37,355 nt of DNA, from the NCBI GenBank assembly GCA_903858835.1, contig CAIOKD010000062.1:1-37355 (forward strand). Direction: 5' to 3'. The notes below the pieces were generated by a model that saw nothing but the letters and a program-made list of their open reading frames with translations, made no database searches and was not told where the DNA came from. Below are positions 8,362-21,959 of the stretch, piece after piece (the first letter of the stretch is position 1; each line of letters opens with the position of its first letter). Origin of the DNA: an uncultured Verrucomicrobiota bacterium. GTDB lineage: Bacteria > Verrucomicrobiota > Verrucomicrobiia > Limisphaerales > UBA9464. The position numbers were made by a program, and so were the translations under genes.

Positions 8362-8410
8362 AAACCTCCCGACAGCCTCCCGCAAGGGATGCTTCGGGAG
8401 GTTTTTCGTT
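8362..8410. terminator. Intrinsic terminator, probably bidirectional, between the sigma gene and acpS
   Basis: AAACCTCCCGA (8362-8372) pairs with TCGGGAGGTTT (8394-8404); inner TCCC-GCAA-GGGA hairpin; followed by TTCGTT. Confidence 0.8.
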
Positions 8411-8450
8411 GGGGCCCGCTCCGGCGTGGGGAGGAGGGCAACCGGGTCGA

Positions 8451-8828
8451 TCATCCCTCCAAGATGGCAACGGCCGAGGCGTAGCGGGCCGTATGGGTGA
8501 GGTTGAGGTGGAGAATTTGCGCCCCCCTGCGACGGAACAGCTCCGCTCCCGCCCCGTGGAGTTGGACTCGTGTGCTTCCGGTGTCCATTCGCACCACCTC
8601 GATGTCGAGCCAACCGATGTCTGCACCGATGCCCGTCCCAAAGGCCTTGCTCACCGCTTCCTTCGCGGCGAACCGGGCGGCGACGTGAGTAGCGGGATCT
8701 CCGTGACCGAAGCAGTAGTCGTACTCGGGAGGGAGCAGAATCCTGCGGGCGAATCGTTCGCCCAGTCGCTCGAGCGAATCTCGGACCCGCCCCACCTCCA
8801 CCAGGTCGATGCCCACCCCGAGGATCAT
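8451..8828 (-). CDS. acpS: Holo-[acyl-carrier-protein] synthase
   Basis: [41 protein letters not shown]; 4-bp overlap with the pdxJ stop. Confidence 0.95.
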   Translation of the reverse strand: MILGVGIDLVEVGRVRDSLERLGERFARRILLPPEYDYCFGHGDPATHVAARFAAKEAVSKAFGTGIGADIGWLDIEVVRMDTGSTRVQLHGAGAELFRRRGAQILHLNLTHTARYASAVAILEG

Positions 8829-9589
8829 GACGCCGCGACGGAACGGGAAGCCCCTCCGTAACCTTCCATGACTTGGAGGATCTCCTTCACCGCGTTCTCC
8901 AGGCCGACAAACACCGCCCGGCTGATGATGGAGTGCCCGATGTTCAACTCCTCCAGGTGCGGAACCACGTGGATGAGAGGCAGATTCTCGCGGTTCAAGC
9001 CATGCCCGGCATTCACCCGGAGCCCGGCCCGATGCGCACTCTCGGCGGCCGCCACGAGGCGCTGCAGTTGCCGGTTCCTCTCCGATTTCTGGTGGAAGAC
9101 CTCGGCGTAGGCCCCGGTGTGCAACTCGATGAACTGGGCACCCACCCGGGCGGATGCCTCGACCTGCGCTGGGTCCGGGTCGACGAACAGGCTCACCTCG
9201 ATGCCGGAGCCATTCATTCGGCGGAGGGTGTCCCGCAAGGCCGCCTCTTGTCCCACGACATCCAGACCGCCCTCGGTGGAGATCTCCTCCCGCTTCTCCG
9301 GCACCAGGCAGACGATGTCGGGCCGGGTCGCAAGCGCGATCTCCACGATCTCCGGGGAATTGGCCATCTCCAGGTTGAGCCGCGTCCGGATGGCCTTCCT
9401 CAAGGCGGCGATGTCACGGTCGATGATGTGGCGACGGTCCTCCCGCAGGTGGGCGGTGATCCCGTGGGCACCGGCCTGCTCGCACAAGAGCGCTGCGGCG
9501 ATGGGATCAGGCTCACCGCGTTCCATGCCCCGGTATCGGGCCTGACGCAGGGTCGCGACGTGGTCGATGTTGACGCCAAGTTTCAGCAT
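8825..9589 (-). CDS. pdxJ: Pyridoxine 5'-phosphate synthase
   Basis: [64 protein letters not shown]. Start ATG 9589. Confidence 0.96.
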   Translation of the reverse strand: MLKLGVNIDHVATLRQARYRGMERGEPDPIAAALLCEQAGAHGITAHLREDRRHIIDRDIAALRKAIRTRLNLEMANSPEIVEIALATRPDIVCLVPEKREEISTEGGLDVVGQEAALRDTLRRMNGSGIEVSLFVDPDPAQVEASARVGAQFIELHTGAYAEVFHQKSERNRQLQRLVAAAESAHRAGLRVNAGHGLNRENLPLIHVVPHLEELNIGHSIISRAVFVGLENAVKEILQVMEGYGGASRSVAAS

Positions 9590-9596
9590 GTCGGGC

Positions 9597-11126
9597 TCAG
9601 GGCTTGGCGGTGGTCTTCGGAGCGGGGGCGGCCTTCGGAGCCGCAGGAGCTTGGGTAGCGGGGGCCTCGGGCATACCCATCGGCGCGGGCGGAGCCACAC
9701 GGACACTCCGAGGCTTGCGGGGCGTGGCGGGATCCAACCAACGGCCCAAGGCGACCCATTCGAGGGCGCTCAACCCCACCGGGGCCTTGCGGCTCCAAGT
9801 GAAGGTCCCCGGACCGGACTGCCGGACCTGGGTCACCGTATTGTCCACTTTGCCAAGCCCATCGGTCAGCCAAACGTAGGCCAAACCGTCGCCTGGAGCA
9901 GGGTTGAGACCGAGGGACAGATCGCGCGCCTGCAGGTTGGCCCACCAATGCACGAAGTTCTCGGAGGTGACTTCCCAATCGTAGAGCACCAATCCGGGTT
10001 GCTGGAGCTGCTGGAGCAATTCCTTGGGAACCGGTTGCACCGAACGTTGTCGGCGGAACATGCTGAAACCCAGAAAACCTGGCTTGTGGTTCTCGGTCCC
10101 GGTGAGCATCGGCACGACACCCGGAGCGCTGCTGAGTCCGAGAATCTGCTTCTGGGCATCGTACATCACCAGACCATCCAGCTTGCCGGGTTCGGTGTTG
10201 GTGGAGTAGCGGTGCATCAAATCGGCATTGGCGGCCTGGAGGACCGGGGCCGAATCGTTCACGTGCACCACCGCATAACTCTGAAACGGGGATTCAGCCT
10301 GGGCCCAGAGGTACATCTGACCGAGTTCCTGACCCTGGAAGTACTGCTCCAAGCCGAGGAGGCCCATGACTTGGGGAGTGACACCGCGGATGGCCGTCAA
10401 CGAGACCAACGGATCATAGATCAGGTTGGTCGGATACCGCCAGTCGCGCAGGGAAAGCTCGGCCAACCCCGGTTTGCTCAAGGTCCCCGTCCAGGCCACG
10501 GACCCATTGGTGGCCACCGCCGTGGCCTGAATTCCGGGCCATAAGCCGGGTGCCTTCTGGAATTCCAGAAGCCGTGACGGATGGGAAGGAGTCGAAAGCA
10601 CGCGGGACCGGAAGGCCTTGGCCCTCGGCGAATCCGAGGGGCTCACCGCGAAGAGCCAGCCTTTTTCGGCGCTGATCCATGCGCCGGAGACGCCCGAACC
10701 CGGGGTCTTCACGACAGCCGAATAACGGTCGTTCCAGATCGGTGCCCGCTCGGCGGTGATGCGCACGGCCACGAACACCTCGCGCCCCCCGTCGCCGCGG
10801 CGCCAGACCTCGCCGGCCGATTCATGGGCCAACAGATCGGCCACCAATGGTTGGGCCTGGATCACGGCCGCATCGGCCGGAGTACCGTCCGACAACCACT
10901 CCAACGCGACCCGCGTGGCACGGGGACGAAGACGCTCGGCCAGGGCGGGCGCGTTGCTATGCGACAGGAACGTCCTCAACAGCGGGGCCCCGATCTGGCT
11001 TTTCAGACCGTCGCCCCCGGCGAAGTGCCATCGGGCCGACAACTCGGGCGCCTCCTCCTTGCACCCGGAGAGGACCGCCACCAATGCAACGGCCAACAGC
11101 CAGCGAATCGAGCGTGGGTTCGTCAT
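9597..11126 (-). CDS. Hypothetical lipoprotein (about 509 aa) with Pro/Ala/Lys-rich C-terminal tail
   Basis: [22 protein letters not shown]: signal peptide with LSGC lipobox. Ends 7 bp before the pdxJ start, co-oriented. No family recognised. Confidence 0.7.
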   Translation of the reverse strand: MTNPRSIRWLLAVALVAVLSGCKEEAPELSARWHFAGGDGLKSQIGAPLLRTFLSHSNAPALAERLRPRATRVALEWLSDGTPADAAVIQAQPLVADLLAHESAGEVWRRGDGGREVFVAVRITAERAPIWNDRYSAVVKTPGSGVSGAWISAEKGWLFAVSPSDSPRAKAFRSRVLSTPSHPSRLLEFQKAPGLWPGIQATAVATNGSVAWTGTLSKPGLAELSLRDWRYPTNLIYDPLVSLTAIRGVTPQVMGLLGLEQYFQGQELGQMYLWAQAESPFQSYAVVHVNDSAPVLQAANADLMHRYSTNTEPGKLDGLVMYDAQKQILGLSSAPGVVPMLTGTENHKPGFLGFSMFRRQRSVQPVPKELLQQLQQPGLVLYDWEVTSENFVHWWANLQARDLSLGLNPAPGDGLAYVWLTDGLGKVDNTVTQVRQSGPGTFTWSRKAPVGLSALEWVALGRWLDPATPRKPRSVRVAPPAPMGMPEAPATQAPAAPKAAPAPKTTAKP

Positions 11127-11211
11127 CAGAACGGTTTGGTTGCCAGAGAAAGCCGCCCGAGGCAATCCGCCTTTGCGCCATCCTCACCCAGGGATCACCT
11201 TTGGCACCGAC

Positions 11212-11898
11212 ATGAGCGACGAATGGTTCTGGATGGACGCATCGACCGGAGACGCTCCCGGCAACATGGCCTGGGACGAGGCGCTCCTAGAGGCATCCGC
11301 GGATCTCGGTCGACCGATCCTCCGGAGCTATGCCTGGGCGACCCCGGCGGCGACCTTCGGATACTTCCAACGGTACGCCGACATCGCCGCTTGGACACCG
11401 TTGCGCCCGCTCATCCGCCGGCCGACCGGAGGCGGCCTGGTCCCCCACGAGGCCGACTGGACTTATGCGGTGATCATCCCACCCCGGCATCCATGGTATT
11501 CGATGCCGGCGGTCGAGAGCTACCGACGCGCCCACTCCTGGCTGCAGCGGGCCTTCGCCCATGGCGGCCTCGAAACCCGGCTGGCTCCCTGCTGTGATCC
11601 GGCCGGGCCCGGACAATGCTTCGTGGGTGCCGAGCGTGAGGACCTGCTGCTGCAGGGCCGCAAGATCGCCGGTGCCGCACAACGGCGGAACAAGTGGGGA
11701 CTGCTCATCCAGGGGAGCATCCAACCCATCCCGCCGGGCCTCGCGAGGATCGATTGGCACCAGGCCATGCTCCGGGTCGCCGAGAACGACTGGGGAGTCC
11801 GCTGGATCCCTTGGCCCGGCACCGCCGAGGCCCTGCTCCGACGCGTCGAGGAACTCCGGCTACGCTACGCCTCCAAGGAATACATCGAACGGCGTTGA
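11212..11898 (+). CDS. Lipoate-protein ligase A / octanoyltransferase LipM-family protein
   Basis: NMAWDEALL, ILRSYAW, IRRPTGGGLVPH, CF, GRKIAGAAQRR, LLIQGSI (BPL/LplA/LipB catalytic domain). Start ATG 11212. Confidence 0.88.
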   Translation: MSDEWFWMDASTGDAPGNMAWDEALLEASADLGRPILRSYAWATPAATFGYFQRYADIAAWTPLRPLIRRPTGGGLVPHEADWTYAVIIPPRHPWYSMPAVESYRRAHSWLQRAFAHGGLETRLAPCCDPAGPGQCFVGAEREDLLLQGRKIAGAAQRRNKWGLLIQGSIQPIPPGLARIDWHQAMLRVAENDWGVRWIPWPGTAEALLRRVEELRLRYASKEYIERR

Positions 11899-11952
11899 GG
11901 GAGACTCCCGCCGTCGCCTCGAGCCCGGGGTCCGACGCCCACCGGCACGGAT

Positions 11953-12714
11953 TCACGCCTCCTCCCGGCGGCTTTGACGAAACCGGGTGGGTGTCATGCC
12001 CGTGGCGGCGCGGAAGGCCCGGGTGAAGGCGCTGTGATCATAGAAGCCGCAGGCGTGGGCGATCTCGGCCACCGGCTTGCCGGTTTCCTCCAGCAGGCGT
12101 GAGGCGGCCGTCAGTCGGGTATGGGCGATCCACTGGCTCGGGGTGGTCCGGAACAGTCGCTTGATGAGTCGAGCGAACCGAACCGGGGGGATGCCCGCCT
12201 TGTCGGCCAGGACCGTCGGGCTCAGTTCCTCGTCGTAGTGGGCTTCCAGGTATTCGAGGGCCGCCGCCAGGCCGGCCGGGATCCTGGCGGCACCCGCCGG
12301 CACCTGCAGATCGCGGGAGATGCCCACCAGGCCCGCAATCCTTCCGCCGTCGTCCCGGATGGCGAATTTGGTGGTGAAGCACCATCCGGTCTTGCGCCGG
12401 GGATACCAATGCAACTCGAGCTTCTCCACGATCGGCCGCCCCGTCCTCAGGACCGCTTCGTCCTGACGGGCGAAACGCGTCGCCAACTCCTCCGGATACA
12501 CGTCTCGAACCGTCTTGCCCACCAGGTCCTCGGCCCTCTGGAAACCCACCCGCTCGGCGAGAGATCGGTTCACTGCGGTGTAGCGACCCGCGGTGTCCTT
12601 CACGAAAAACGCGGTGTCGGGCACATGCTCGAAGATCTCGGCCAAGAGCTTCACTGGAAGTCGGGGCAATCCGGGCGCACCCGCGGCCCCGCCTGTGCGG
12701 ACTTTGGCGGACAT
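11953..12714 (-). CDS. PAS-domain AraC-family transcriptional regulator
   Basis: PAS_4 (FEHVPDTAFFVKDTAGRY...GLVGISRDL) plus AraC HTH (EIAHACGFYDHSAFTRAFRAATGMTP). Start ATG 12714. Confidence 0.9.
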   Translation of the reverse strand: MSAKVRTGGAAGAPGLPRLPVKLLAEIFEHVPDTAFFVKDTAGRYTAVNRSLAERVGFQRAEDLVGKTVRDVYPEELATRFARQDEAVLRTGRPIVEKLELHWYPRRKTGWCFTTKFAIRDDGGRIAGLVGISRDLQVPAGAARIPAGLAAALEYLEAHYDEELSPTVLADKAGIPPVRFARLIKRLFRTTPSQWIAHTRLTAASRLLEETGKPVAEIAHACGFYDHSAFTRAFRAATGMTPTRFRQSRREEA

Positions 12715-12765
12715 GTTCGGAGGGTGCTGCAAGACCCGCTCCCGGGCGATGTCAGAGTGGCAGCC

Positions 12766-15342
<2,577 letters not shown>

Positions 15343-15357
15343 TCAAGGACCAACGAT

Positions 15358-16827
15358 TCAGGCCAGGAGCGCCTGGATCGGATGGGATTCCTCGACGCCG
15401 GTCAGGCGCTGGTCGAGTCCCTGGCTCTTGAAGGTGAACCGGCGGTGATCCACCCCCATGCATTGCAGGATGGTGGCGTTCAGGTCGTTGATGTGGACCG
15501 GGTTCTCCACGACGTTGTAGCTGAAGTCGTCGGTCTCACCGTAGGAAATCCCGCCCTTGATGCCGCCACCGGCCATCCACATGCAGAAATTGCGCGGATG
15601 ATGGTCGCGACCGTAGTCGGTGCGGGTCAGGCGCCCTTGCGAATAGACCGTCCGCCCGAACTCCCCGCCCCAGATGACCAGCGTGTCCTCGAGCAGACCG
15701 CGAGCCTTGAGGTCGTGGATGAGTGCGGCGGAGGCCTGGTCGATATCCTTGCACTGGGCCCGGATCTCGGAGGGCAGGTTGCCGTGCTGGTCCCAGCCCC
15801 GGTGCAGGATCTGCACGCAGCGCACGCCGCGCTCCACCAGGCGCCGGGCCAGCAAGGTGCTGGCCGCGAAGGTGCCCGGCTTCTTCACGTCGTCGCCATA
15901 CAGGTCGGTGGTGGCCTTCGACTCGCCGGAGAAATCCACCAGGTCGGGCACGCTGCTCTGCATGCGGAAGGCCATCTCGTACTGGGCGATGCGGGTGAGC
16001 GTCTCGGGATCTCCCCAGCGCTCGTGGGTCCGGGCATTGAGCCGGTTGAGGGCATCGAGCATCCCGCGCCGATCCTCGCGGCTGACGCCCGGGGGATTGT
16101 CGATGTACAGGACCGGGTCGCCGATGGAGCGCAACGCCACGCCCGTGTAGCGGGTCGGAAGGAACCCGCTGCTCCACATGCGGGTGAAGAGGGCCTGCGC
16201 ATCGGCCTTGGAGGACCAGTTGGGCGTCAGCACCACGAAGGCCGGCAATTCGTTGTTGTCGCTGCCCAGGCCGTAGGCCAGCCAAGAACCGAGGCTGGCC
16301 TTGCCCGGGACCTCGCTGCCGGTCATCACGAAGGTGCAGGCCGGGTCGTGGTTGATGGCGTTGGTCTGGACCGACTTGATCACCGCCAATTCGTCCACGA
16401 CGCGGGCCGTGTGGGGCAGCAATTCGCTGATCCACCGGCCGCTCTGCCCGGCCTGGTGGAACTTGAACATGGTCGGGGCCACCGGGAATCGGGCCTGGCC
16501 CGAGGTCATGGTGGTGATGCGCTGACCATTGCGGACCGAATCCGGAAGGTCCTTGTCGAAATATTCCTGCAGCTTCGGCTTGTGATCCCAAAGGTCGAGC
16601 TGGGACGGGGCGCCGTTCATGTGCAGGTAGATCAGGCGCTTGGCCTTCGGCGCGAAGTGAGGGAACCCCGGCAACGGCGGATGAACGCGGGCAACGGCTT
16701 GGGCGCCGGTGGCCTTCAATCCGCCCGCGCCCAGCGCGGCCAGGGCCAGCCCCCCGAGACGGATGCCCGTGTCGCCGAAGAACTGACGCCGGGTCTGGTT
16801 CCGATGGAATTCGAAGAGAGGATTCAT
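15358..16827 (-). CDS. DUF1501 domain protein (sulfatase-like fold, Tat signal)
   Basis: TRRQFFG twin-arginine motif; [55 protein letters not shown]. Confidence 0.9.
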   Translation of the reverse strand: MNPLFEFHRNQTRRQFFGDTGIRLGGLALAALGAGGLKATGAQAVARVHPPLPGFPHFAPKAKRLIYLHMNGAPSQLDLWDHKPKLQEYFDKDLPDSVRNGQRITTMTSGQARFPVAPTMFKFHQAGQSGRWISELLPHTARVVDELAVIKSVQTNAINHDPACTFVMTGSEVPGKASLGSWLAYGLGSDNNELPAFVVLTPNWSSKADAQALFTRMWSSGFLPTRYTGVALRSIGDPVLYIDNPPGVSREDRRGMLDALNRLNARTHERWGDPETLTRIAQYEMAFRMQSSVPDLVDFSGESKATTDLYGDDVKKPGTFAASTLLARRLVERGVRCVQILHRGWDQHGNLPSEIRAQCKDIDQASAALIHDLKARGLLEDTLVIWGGEFGRTVYSQGRLTRTDYGRDHHPRNFCMWMAGGGIKGGISYGETDDFSYNVVENPVHINDLNATILQCMGVDHRRFTFKSQGLDQRLTGVEESHPIQALLA

Positions 16828-16829
16828 GG

Positions 16830-19800
16830 TCAGTTGCGGGTCACGGTTTCGTCGAGGTTCAGGAGCAGGTTGGCCGTGAGGGTATAGGCGGCCAGTTCGG
16901 TCTCGGGCAGCCCTGCGGGCGGCGCCGATTCGCCGACGCGGATGGCCTTGCGGGCCGATTCCGGATCGGCCTGATACCGTTGCCGGAACCGGTCCAAGGT
17001 GGACCGGACGACCTCGAGTTCCGGCGCGGTCGGCGGCCTGGACAGGAGGGTCTTGAAGGCGAATCCGATGCGGTCGTCGGGTCGGGAACCGCCCTCAGTC
17101 ATCATGCGGCGGGCCAGCCCGCGGGCGGCCTCGAAGTGCTGCACGTCGTTGAGGAGTTGCAGCGCCTGCAGGGGCGTGTTGCTGCGCTCGCGGCGCGAAC
17201 AGAATTGCTCGCGGTTCGGCGCATCGAAGGTGGCCATGAAGGGCGGCGGCGCGGTGCGCTTGAAGAACACGTAGAGGCTGCGCCGATAGAGGGCCGCCCC
17301 CGATTCCTGCCGGTAATTGCGGGTGTTGGAACCGCTGTAGCCCACCGGCTCCCAGATGTTCGGCGGTTGGTACGGACGGACGCCCTTGCCTCCGAGCGTG
17401 CCATCCAGGAGCCCGGAGACGAACAGGGCGTTGTCGCGCAACTGTTCGGCGTCCAAGCGGAAACGGGGGCCACGGGCCAGCCAGCGATTCTCGGGATCCC
17501 GCTGCAACAGCGCGGGCGGGACGGACGCCGACTGCCGATAGGCCGCCGAGGTCACGAGCATCCGGACGAGGGCCTTCACGTCCCAGCCGGATTCCTGGAA
17601 GGTGACGGCCAACCAATCGAGCAACTCCGGATGACTGGGCGGCTCCCCCTGCGAACCGAAGTCGTCGGAGGTCTTCACCAGGCCCACTCCGAAGAACTGC
17701 TGCCACAGGCGGTTCACCGTCACCCGAGCCGTCAGCGGGTGTTCCGAGGACACCAGCCACCGGGCCAGGTCGAGACGGTTGGGTACGGGCCCGGAAGGTT
17801 TGAGGGCCGGGAAGGCGGCCGGAACGGCGCGGGTGACCTTGTCGCCCGGGGCGTCGTACTGGCCGCGCACCATCACGAAGCTCTCCCGGGGCTTGTCCAT
17901 GTCGCGCCAGATGAAGGTCTGGGGAATCTGCCCCTGGAACTGGTCGCGCTGCTGGCGCAGATCCGCGACCGCGGCGTTCAACGGATCGAGAACCGGTCGG
18001 GTCTCCGAGCACACCTTGCCCAGGTAGTGGTCGCGGAGGAGGCGGGTCTGCTCAGGGGTCCGCTGGTCGGCGGAGACCTCCTTGAGGATCTTCCGCAGGG
18101 CCTCGGGGATTTCCTTCGATTCCTTGCCCTGGTTCTGCGCGAGCCAGACCGAGAACGAACTTCGGGGATCCCGGGCGGGGTCGATGCGGCCCGTGATTCC
18201 GGCGTGGTCCCAGTGGACCCGGCCGCCATGCTGGGTGTAGGCGATCCCGGTGACGGGCTGCCCCGCCTTCAGCCCCACGGCGTCGGCATCGAACTCGAGT
18301 CGCACCCACTCGCCTGCCGCGGGCAACGGACCGGCGTGCTGGCGGCTCGGCTTGCCCTTGGCCCCCCAGTCGGTCGCATCGACATCGCCCCACACCACAC
18401 GGTGTTCCCAGTCGCCCTGGAAGAACTGGAGCATCACCAACTTGGGCAGCGAGGCCGGATCGAGACGGACCCACGCGAAGACCTTGGCCGAGGCCGGCAC
18501 CTCCAAGGACAGGCCCTCGTAGACCGTCTGGATCAGTCCGTCGCCCCGCTGCTGGAGCGAGGATTGCCCGGATTTCACGGGGCCTTCCGGGGCTTTCACC
18601 CAGACGGGCGATCCCTGCACGCGGGCCCCGGCCGGGGTGCCGTCTTCCAGCCAGATCGTCTCGATGTCCCGGGCCTGGGGCGGCGGCTGGAGCGTCGCCG
18701 GATCGGTGTAGGCGAGGCCGCGAACCCGGGTCTCAACCGCCTGTTCGGCCTCCCGGATGCGCCCGTCGAACTCCGCGAGCTTCTGGGCGTCCTTCTCGGA
18801 CTTCACCGGCACGACCGGGGGCGTGCGCAGCGCGTTGCCATCCATGGCCGGATCGGCGGCGCTGTGGAAGAACGCGTACATCGAGTAGAACTCCTTCTGG
18901 GAAATGGGATCGAACTTGTGGTCGTGGCAAACGGCGCATCCGGCCGTCAGTCCCATCCAGGCTTGGGCGGTCGTCGCGGTGCGCTCGACGGCGTAGCGGA
19001 AGATGAACTCGGCATCGATGGCCCCGCCCTCGCCCGTGGTGACGTTGTTCCGATTGAAGCCGGTGGCCACCAACTGGTCCTGCGAGGGGTTGGGCAGAAG
19101 ATCGCCGGCCAACTGCTCGATGGTGAATTGATCGAACGGCAGATTCCGATTGAAGGCGCCCACCACCCAATCGCGGTAGGGCCAGATCTGGCGCTCATTG
19201 TCGAGGTGAAGCCCGTGCGTGTCGGCATACCGCGCGACATCGAGCCAGTGGCGGCCCATCTGCTCGCCGTACTGCGGGGTGCCCATCAGGCGATCGACGC
19301 AGCGCTCGTAGGCCCCGGGACGCGCATCGGCCAGGAAGGCATCCACCTCGGCCGGCGTGGGGGGAAGGCCCCGAAGGTCCAGGCTCAGGCGGCGCAGCAC
19401 CGTGGCGCGATCGGCCTCCGCGCCCGGATTCACCCCTTCCTTCCGCCAACGTTCCGCCAGGAAGGCATCGATGGGATGGACCCCGCCCTCGGCCATCCCC
19501 GGTGACCGGACCTTTCGAGGCGCCTCGAAGGCCCAGTGCTTCTGGTAAGGGGCCCCCTGCTCGATCCATCGCCGGAGGATGCCCTTCTGCGCGGCCGTGA
19601 GTGTCTTGTGGGATTCCGGAGGCGGCATGATCGATTCCGGGTCCTGCGTCTCCAAACGGTGCCACAACTCGCTGGATTTGAGGTCACCCGGCCGGATGGC
19701 CACCCGGCCGTCCTTGTTGGGAGTGAATGCCCCCTCCGCGGTATCCAGTCGCAGTCCCGCCTTTCGCTTCTTGGCATCGAATCCGTGGCAGGAGAAACAG

Positions 19801-19928
19801 TTGTCCGACAGGATCGGGCGGATGTCCCGATTGAAGGTCAAGTCTGCCGCCAATACGGAGAAAGCGGAGGCGGTCGCCAGCGCCATCATTCCCCGGATCG
19901 AACACGACACCACACGCTTGGGAAGCAT
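16830..19928 (-). CDS. PSD1 / planctomycete cytochrome c protein (PSCyt1 + DUF1549 + DUF1553)
   Basis: Signal peptide; [18 protein letters not shown] (CxxCH); HWAF; [12 protein letters not shown]; [11 protein letters not shown]; HPELLDWLA; RRSLY; NTPLQAL; LLNLDET. Confidence 0.92.
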   Translation of the reverse strand: MLPKRVVSCSIRGMMALATASAFSVLAADLTFNRDIRPILSDNCFSCHGFDAKKRKAGLRLDTAEGAFTPNKDGRVAIRPGDLKSSELWHRLETQDPESIMPPPESHKTLTAAQKGILRRWIEQGAPYQKHWAFEAPRKVRSPGMAEGGVHPIDAFLAERWRKEGVNPGAEADRATVLRRLSLDLRGLPPTPAEVDAFLADARPGAYERCVDRLMGTPQYGEQMGRHWLDVARYADTHGLHLDNERQIWPYRDWVVGAFNRNLPFDQFTIEQLAGDLLPNPSQDQLVATGFNRNNVTTGEGGAIDAEFIFRYAVERTATTAQAWMGLTAGCAVCHDHKFDPISQKEFYSMYAFFHSAADPAMDGNALRTPPVVPVKSEKDAQKLAEFDGRIREAEQAVETRVRGLAYTDPATLQPPPQARDIETIWLEDGTPAGARVQGSPVWVKAPEGPVKSGQSSLQQRGDGLIQTVYEGLSLEVPASAKVFAWVRLDPASLPKLVMLQFFQGDWEHRVVWGDVDATDWGAKGKPSRQHAGPLPAAGEWVRLEFDADAVGLKAGQPVTGIAYTQHGGRVHWDHAGITGRIDPARDPRSSFSVWLAQNQGKESKEIPEALRKILKEVSADQRTPEQTRLLRDHYLGKVCSETRPVLDPLNAAVADLRQQRDQFQGQIPQTFIWRDMDKPRESFVMVRGQYDAPGDKVTRAVPAAFPALKPSGPVPNRLDLARWLVSSEHPLTARVTVNRLWQQFFGVGLVKTSDDFGSQGEPPSHPELLDWLAVTFQESGWDVKALVRMLVTSAAYRQSASVPPALLQRDPENRWLARGPRFRLDAEQLRDNALFVSGLLDGTLGGKGVRPYQPPNIWEPVGYSGSNTRNYRQESGAALYRRSLYVFFKRTAPPPFMATFDAPNREQFCSRRERSNTPLQALQLLNDVQHFEAARGLARRMMTEGGSRPDDRIGFAFKTLLSRPPTAPELEVVRSTLDRFRQRYQADPESARKAIRVGESAPPAGLPETELAAYTLTANLLLNLDETVTRN

Positions 19929-19934
19929 GGGAGT

Positions 19935-19962
19935 ATTGTGTCGGGAGAACGCCGAGTTTCAA
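19935..19962 (-). promoter_or_regulatory. Putative leaderless promoter of the PSCyt/DUF1553-DUF1501 operon
   Basis: TTGAAA (19962-19957), 16 bp, CACAAT (19940-19935), 6 nt, ATG 19928. Confidence 0.55.
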
Positions 19963-20094
19963 CCCCCCAACCACCCATTTCAGCCCCATTCGATCTGCAA
20001 TCAGGGACAGGCTGCACGGATGAGGGGAGACCACCCAGGGGATGCGAAAAATCCTCGGGGAAATATCTGAAAGTGCGCCCCGCCAGGCGCACCC

Positions 20095-20125
20095 AACAAA
20101 AAACCCGGGGAAGACCCCGGGTTTT
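20095..20125 (-). terminator. Intrinsic terminator downstream of the FecR-domain gene
   Basis: AAAACCCGGGG-aaga-CCCCGGGTTTT perfect hairpin (20100-20125), followed by a T run on the minus strand. Confidence 0.85.
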
Positions 20126-20179
20126 GAAATTAATTAACGTTGTGCATTTCAACCACCAGCCGAAAGCTCGGCGGGCGGA

Positions 20180-20872
20180 TCAGTTGCCGCCGCCGTTGCC
20201 ACCGGTGGTGACCGGCGAAGCCACGGGCTGGGGCCGGGTCGGAACCACCGCAGGCACCTTGACATTGGCCGACTGCTGGATCGCAGAGGGCATGCCCGCC
20301 GGCAACGGCATAGTGTTGGCCACCACGGAAGCCGCGGCGGGGTCGAACATCTGACCACCGCAGACCTCGTACGAGACACCGCGGTAGGAAACCGTCACGC
20401 ATCCGGACCAGACCGCAACGGTGCCGTTGTCGGTGATCTGATACTCGGAAGTACGGATCACGGCGGACACCGTCGGGCCCTTGACGATGTAAGAGGACTG
20501 CGACGACGTCTTCTTCACGTAGCCGGCGACAGTGCCCACCTTGAGGTTGATCTTGGTGGTGATCACCGGCTCAGCCCCGGACTTGTCGACAGTCAACTCG
20601 TCGAAGGAGACCGAGGAGTCGGGGAGAACCACAACGGTGGGGCCATTGTCGGCCAGATAAAGGTTCGCCTGAGCGCCAGCACCGGTCTCGATCTTCTGGC
20701 CGGGCTTGATCGACTCACCCACGAACGCGGCTTGACCGTCGATCTTGACACTGCCCTTGACCCCGGTGAGTTCAGCCTTGCCGGTTTCGGCGGCGTAAAG
20801 GGAGGAACCCGCCAACATCGCGGAAACGGCGAGGAGGCCGGCAAAACGGGGAGAGAACCCGATCATTTTCAT
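20180..20872 (-). CDS. Secreted FecR-domain-like beta-rich protein
   Basis: Signal peptide MKMIGFSPRFAGLLAVSAMLAGSSLYA; GQKIETGAGAQANL, TKINLKVG, YIVKGPTVSAVIRTSEY resemble the FecR/PupR domain; Pro/Gly tail. Start ATG 20872. Confidence 0.72.
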   Translation of the reverse strand: MKMIGFSPRFAGLLAVSAMLAGSSLYAAETGKAELTGVKGSVKIDGQAAFVGESIKPGQKIETGAGAQANLYLADNGPTVVVLPDSSVSFDELTVDKSGAEPVITTKINLKVGTVAGYVKKTSSQSSYIVKGPTVSAVIRTSEYQITDNGTVAVWSGCVTVSYRGVSYEVCGGQMFDPAAASVVANTMPLPAGMPSAIQQSANVKVPAVVPTRPQPVASPVTTGGNGGGN

Positions 20873-20909
20873 GTTAACTCGTGTGAGAGGTTGAATTGTT
20901 GTTGGATGG

Positions 20910-20938
20910 AAGGTGTGGAACCGACCTCGGGAAGTCAA
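20910..20938 (-). promoter_or_regulatory. Putative sigma-70 promoter of the FecR-like gene
   Basis: TTGACT (20938-20933), 17 bp, CACCTT (20915-20910). Confidence 0.5.
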
Positions 20939-21020
20939 CCGGGAATTCGGTGGCAACCCACCGGGAAACCCAACCGATCTTGCTGGTCCTTGGGCAATCC
21001 TGATGGAGCCCCTCCAGGAA

Positions 21021-21959
21021 TCAAGACTTTGCGCCCAGGATTTCACTGTCCTTGGCCCAGATCTCCCATTGGTCCAAAAGGCTCCGAACCTCGTCGGCAC
21101 CGGGGGGACGCAGGGGCAGACGGACCGGACCCACCGGGATTCCCAGGTGTGTCAGGACGGTCTTGAGCGATCCAAGATACCCCTGGCGGGCGAGGATCTC
21201 GACCATGCGGAGCGCATGACCCTGCAACCGACGAGCCCGGGACCAATCCCCTGCCGATGCCGCCGTCTGCATGGCCCGGTACAAGGGGGCTGTCAGATGG
21301 TAGGTCGACCCCACCGCGCCGGTGGCCCCCAGAGCCACGGCTGGCAACAATTGCTCGTCGCAACCGAAGAGTAGCTCCTGCCCTTCGCCCAGGGTCGCCA
21401 CGCACCGTTGCAGGAGCATCAGGTCCGGGTTGCTGAACTTCAGTCCCGCCATCGTGGGAATCTTCCGGGTCGCCTCGGCCAGGAACCGGTCCGATGCCAG
21501 ATGGATCCCCGTCATTGCCGGAAGGTCATAGGCATGGAATGGCAGCCCCGGAGCCCCACCGGCTAGGAAGGCGGCACACTCGACCCAGGTCCCTACGTCT
21601 GCGGGCTTGAAGTAGCTCGGCGCCAGGGCGGCGATGCCAGAGGCCCCGATCCGCTGCGCGTGTGAGGCCAGTTCCCGCCCCTCCCGGAGACAATTCGATC
21701 CCACATGAATGATGCACCGGAGGGAGCTTCCGCGCAGGACCTCCACCCAACGCTCGGCCAACTGCATGCGCTCGATGGCGGTCAGCGAGTGGCTCTCACC
21801 GGTCGTCCCATTGACGAAGACCCCGTCGACGCCCTGCCGGACCAACCATTGCGCCAGGGCCTCGACCGTCCCCAGGGCAAGGTCTCCCTCCGGGGTGAAG
21901 GGGGTCACCGGGGCGACGATCAGCGGAATCCGGGCTGGAAGGGAAGCAGGGGTCAACAT
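21021..21959 (-). CDS. DapA/NanA-family aldolase (N-acetylneuraminate lyase-like)
   Basis: APVTPF, GVFVNGTTGE, IIHVGS, Schiff-base lysine GLKFS, FGCDE, GAVGSTY. Confidence 0.88.
   Translation of the reverse strand: MLTPASLPARIPLIVAPVTPFTPEGDLALGTVEALAQWLVRQGVDGVFVNGTTGESHSLTAIERMQLAERWVEVLRGSSLRCIIHVGSNCLREGRELASHAQRIGASGIAALAPSYFKPADVGTWVECAAFLAGGAPGLPFHAYDLPAMTGIHLASDRFLAEATRKIPTMAGLKFSNPDLMLLQRCVATLGEGQELLFGCDEQLLPAVALGATGAVGSTYHLTAPLYRAMQTAASAGDWSRARRLQGHALRMVEILARQGYLGSLKTVLTHLGIPVGPVRLPLRPPGADEVRSLLDQWEIWAKDSEILGAKS

Noticed and set aside
9600-9700. Short repeats (cttcggagc twice) at the lipoprotein 3' end
   Set aside because: They encode the APK/APA low-complexity tail; not an independent DNA repeat.
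15382-19505. 501-aa and 841-aa plus-strand ORFs
   Set aside because: Antisense shadows of the DUF1501 and DUF1553 genes; the same applies to 7310-8641, 22062-23267, 30702-32120 and 32817-34376.
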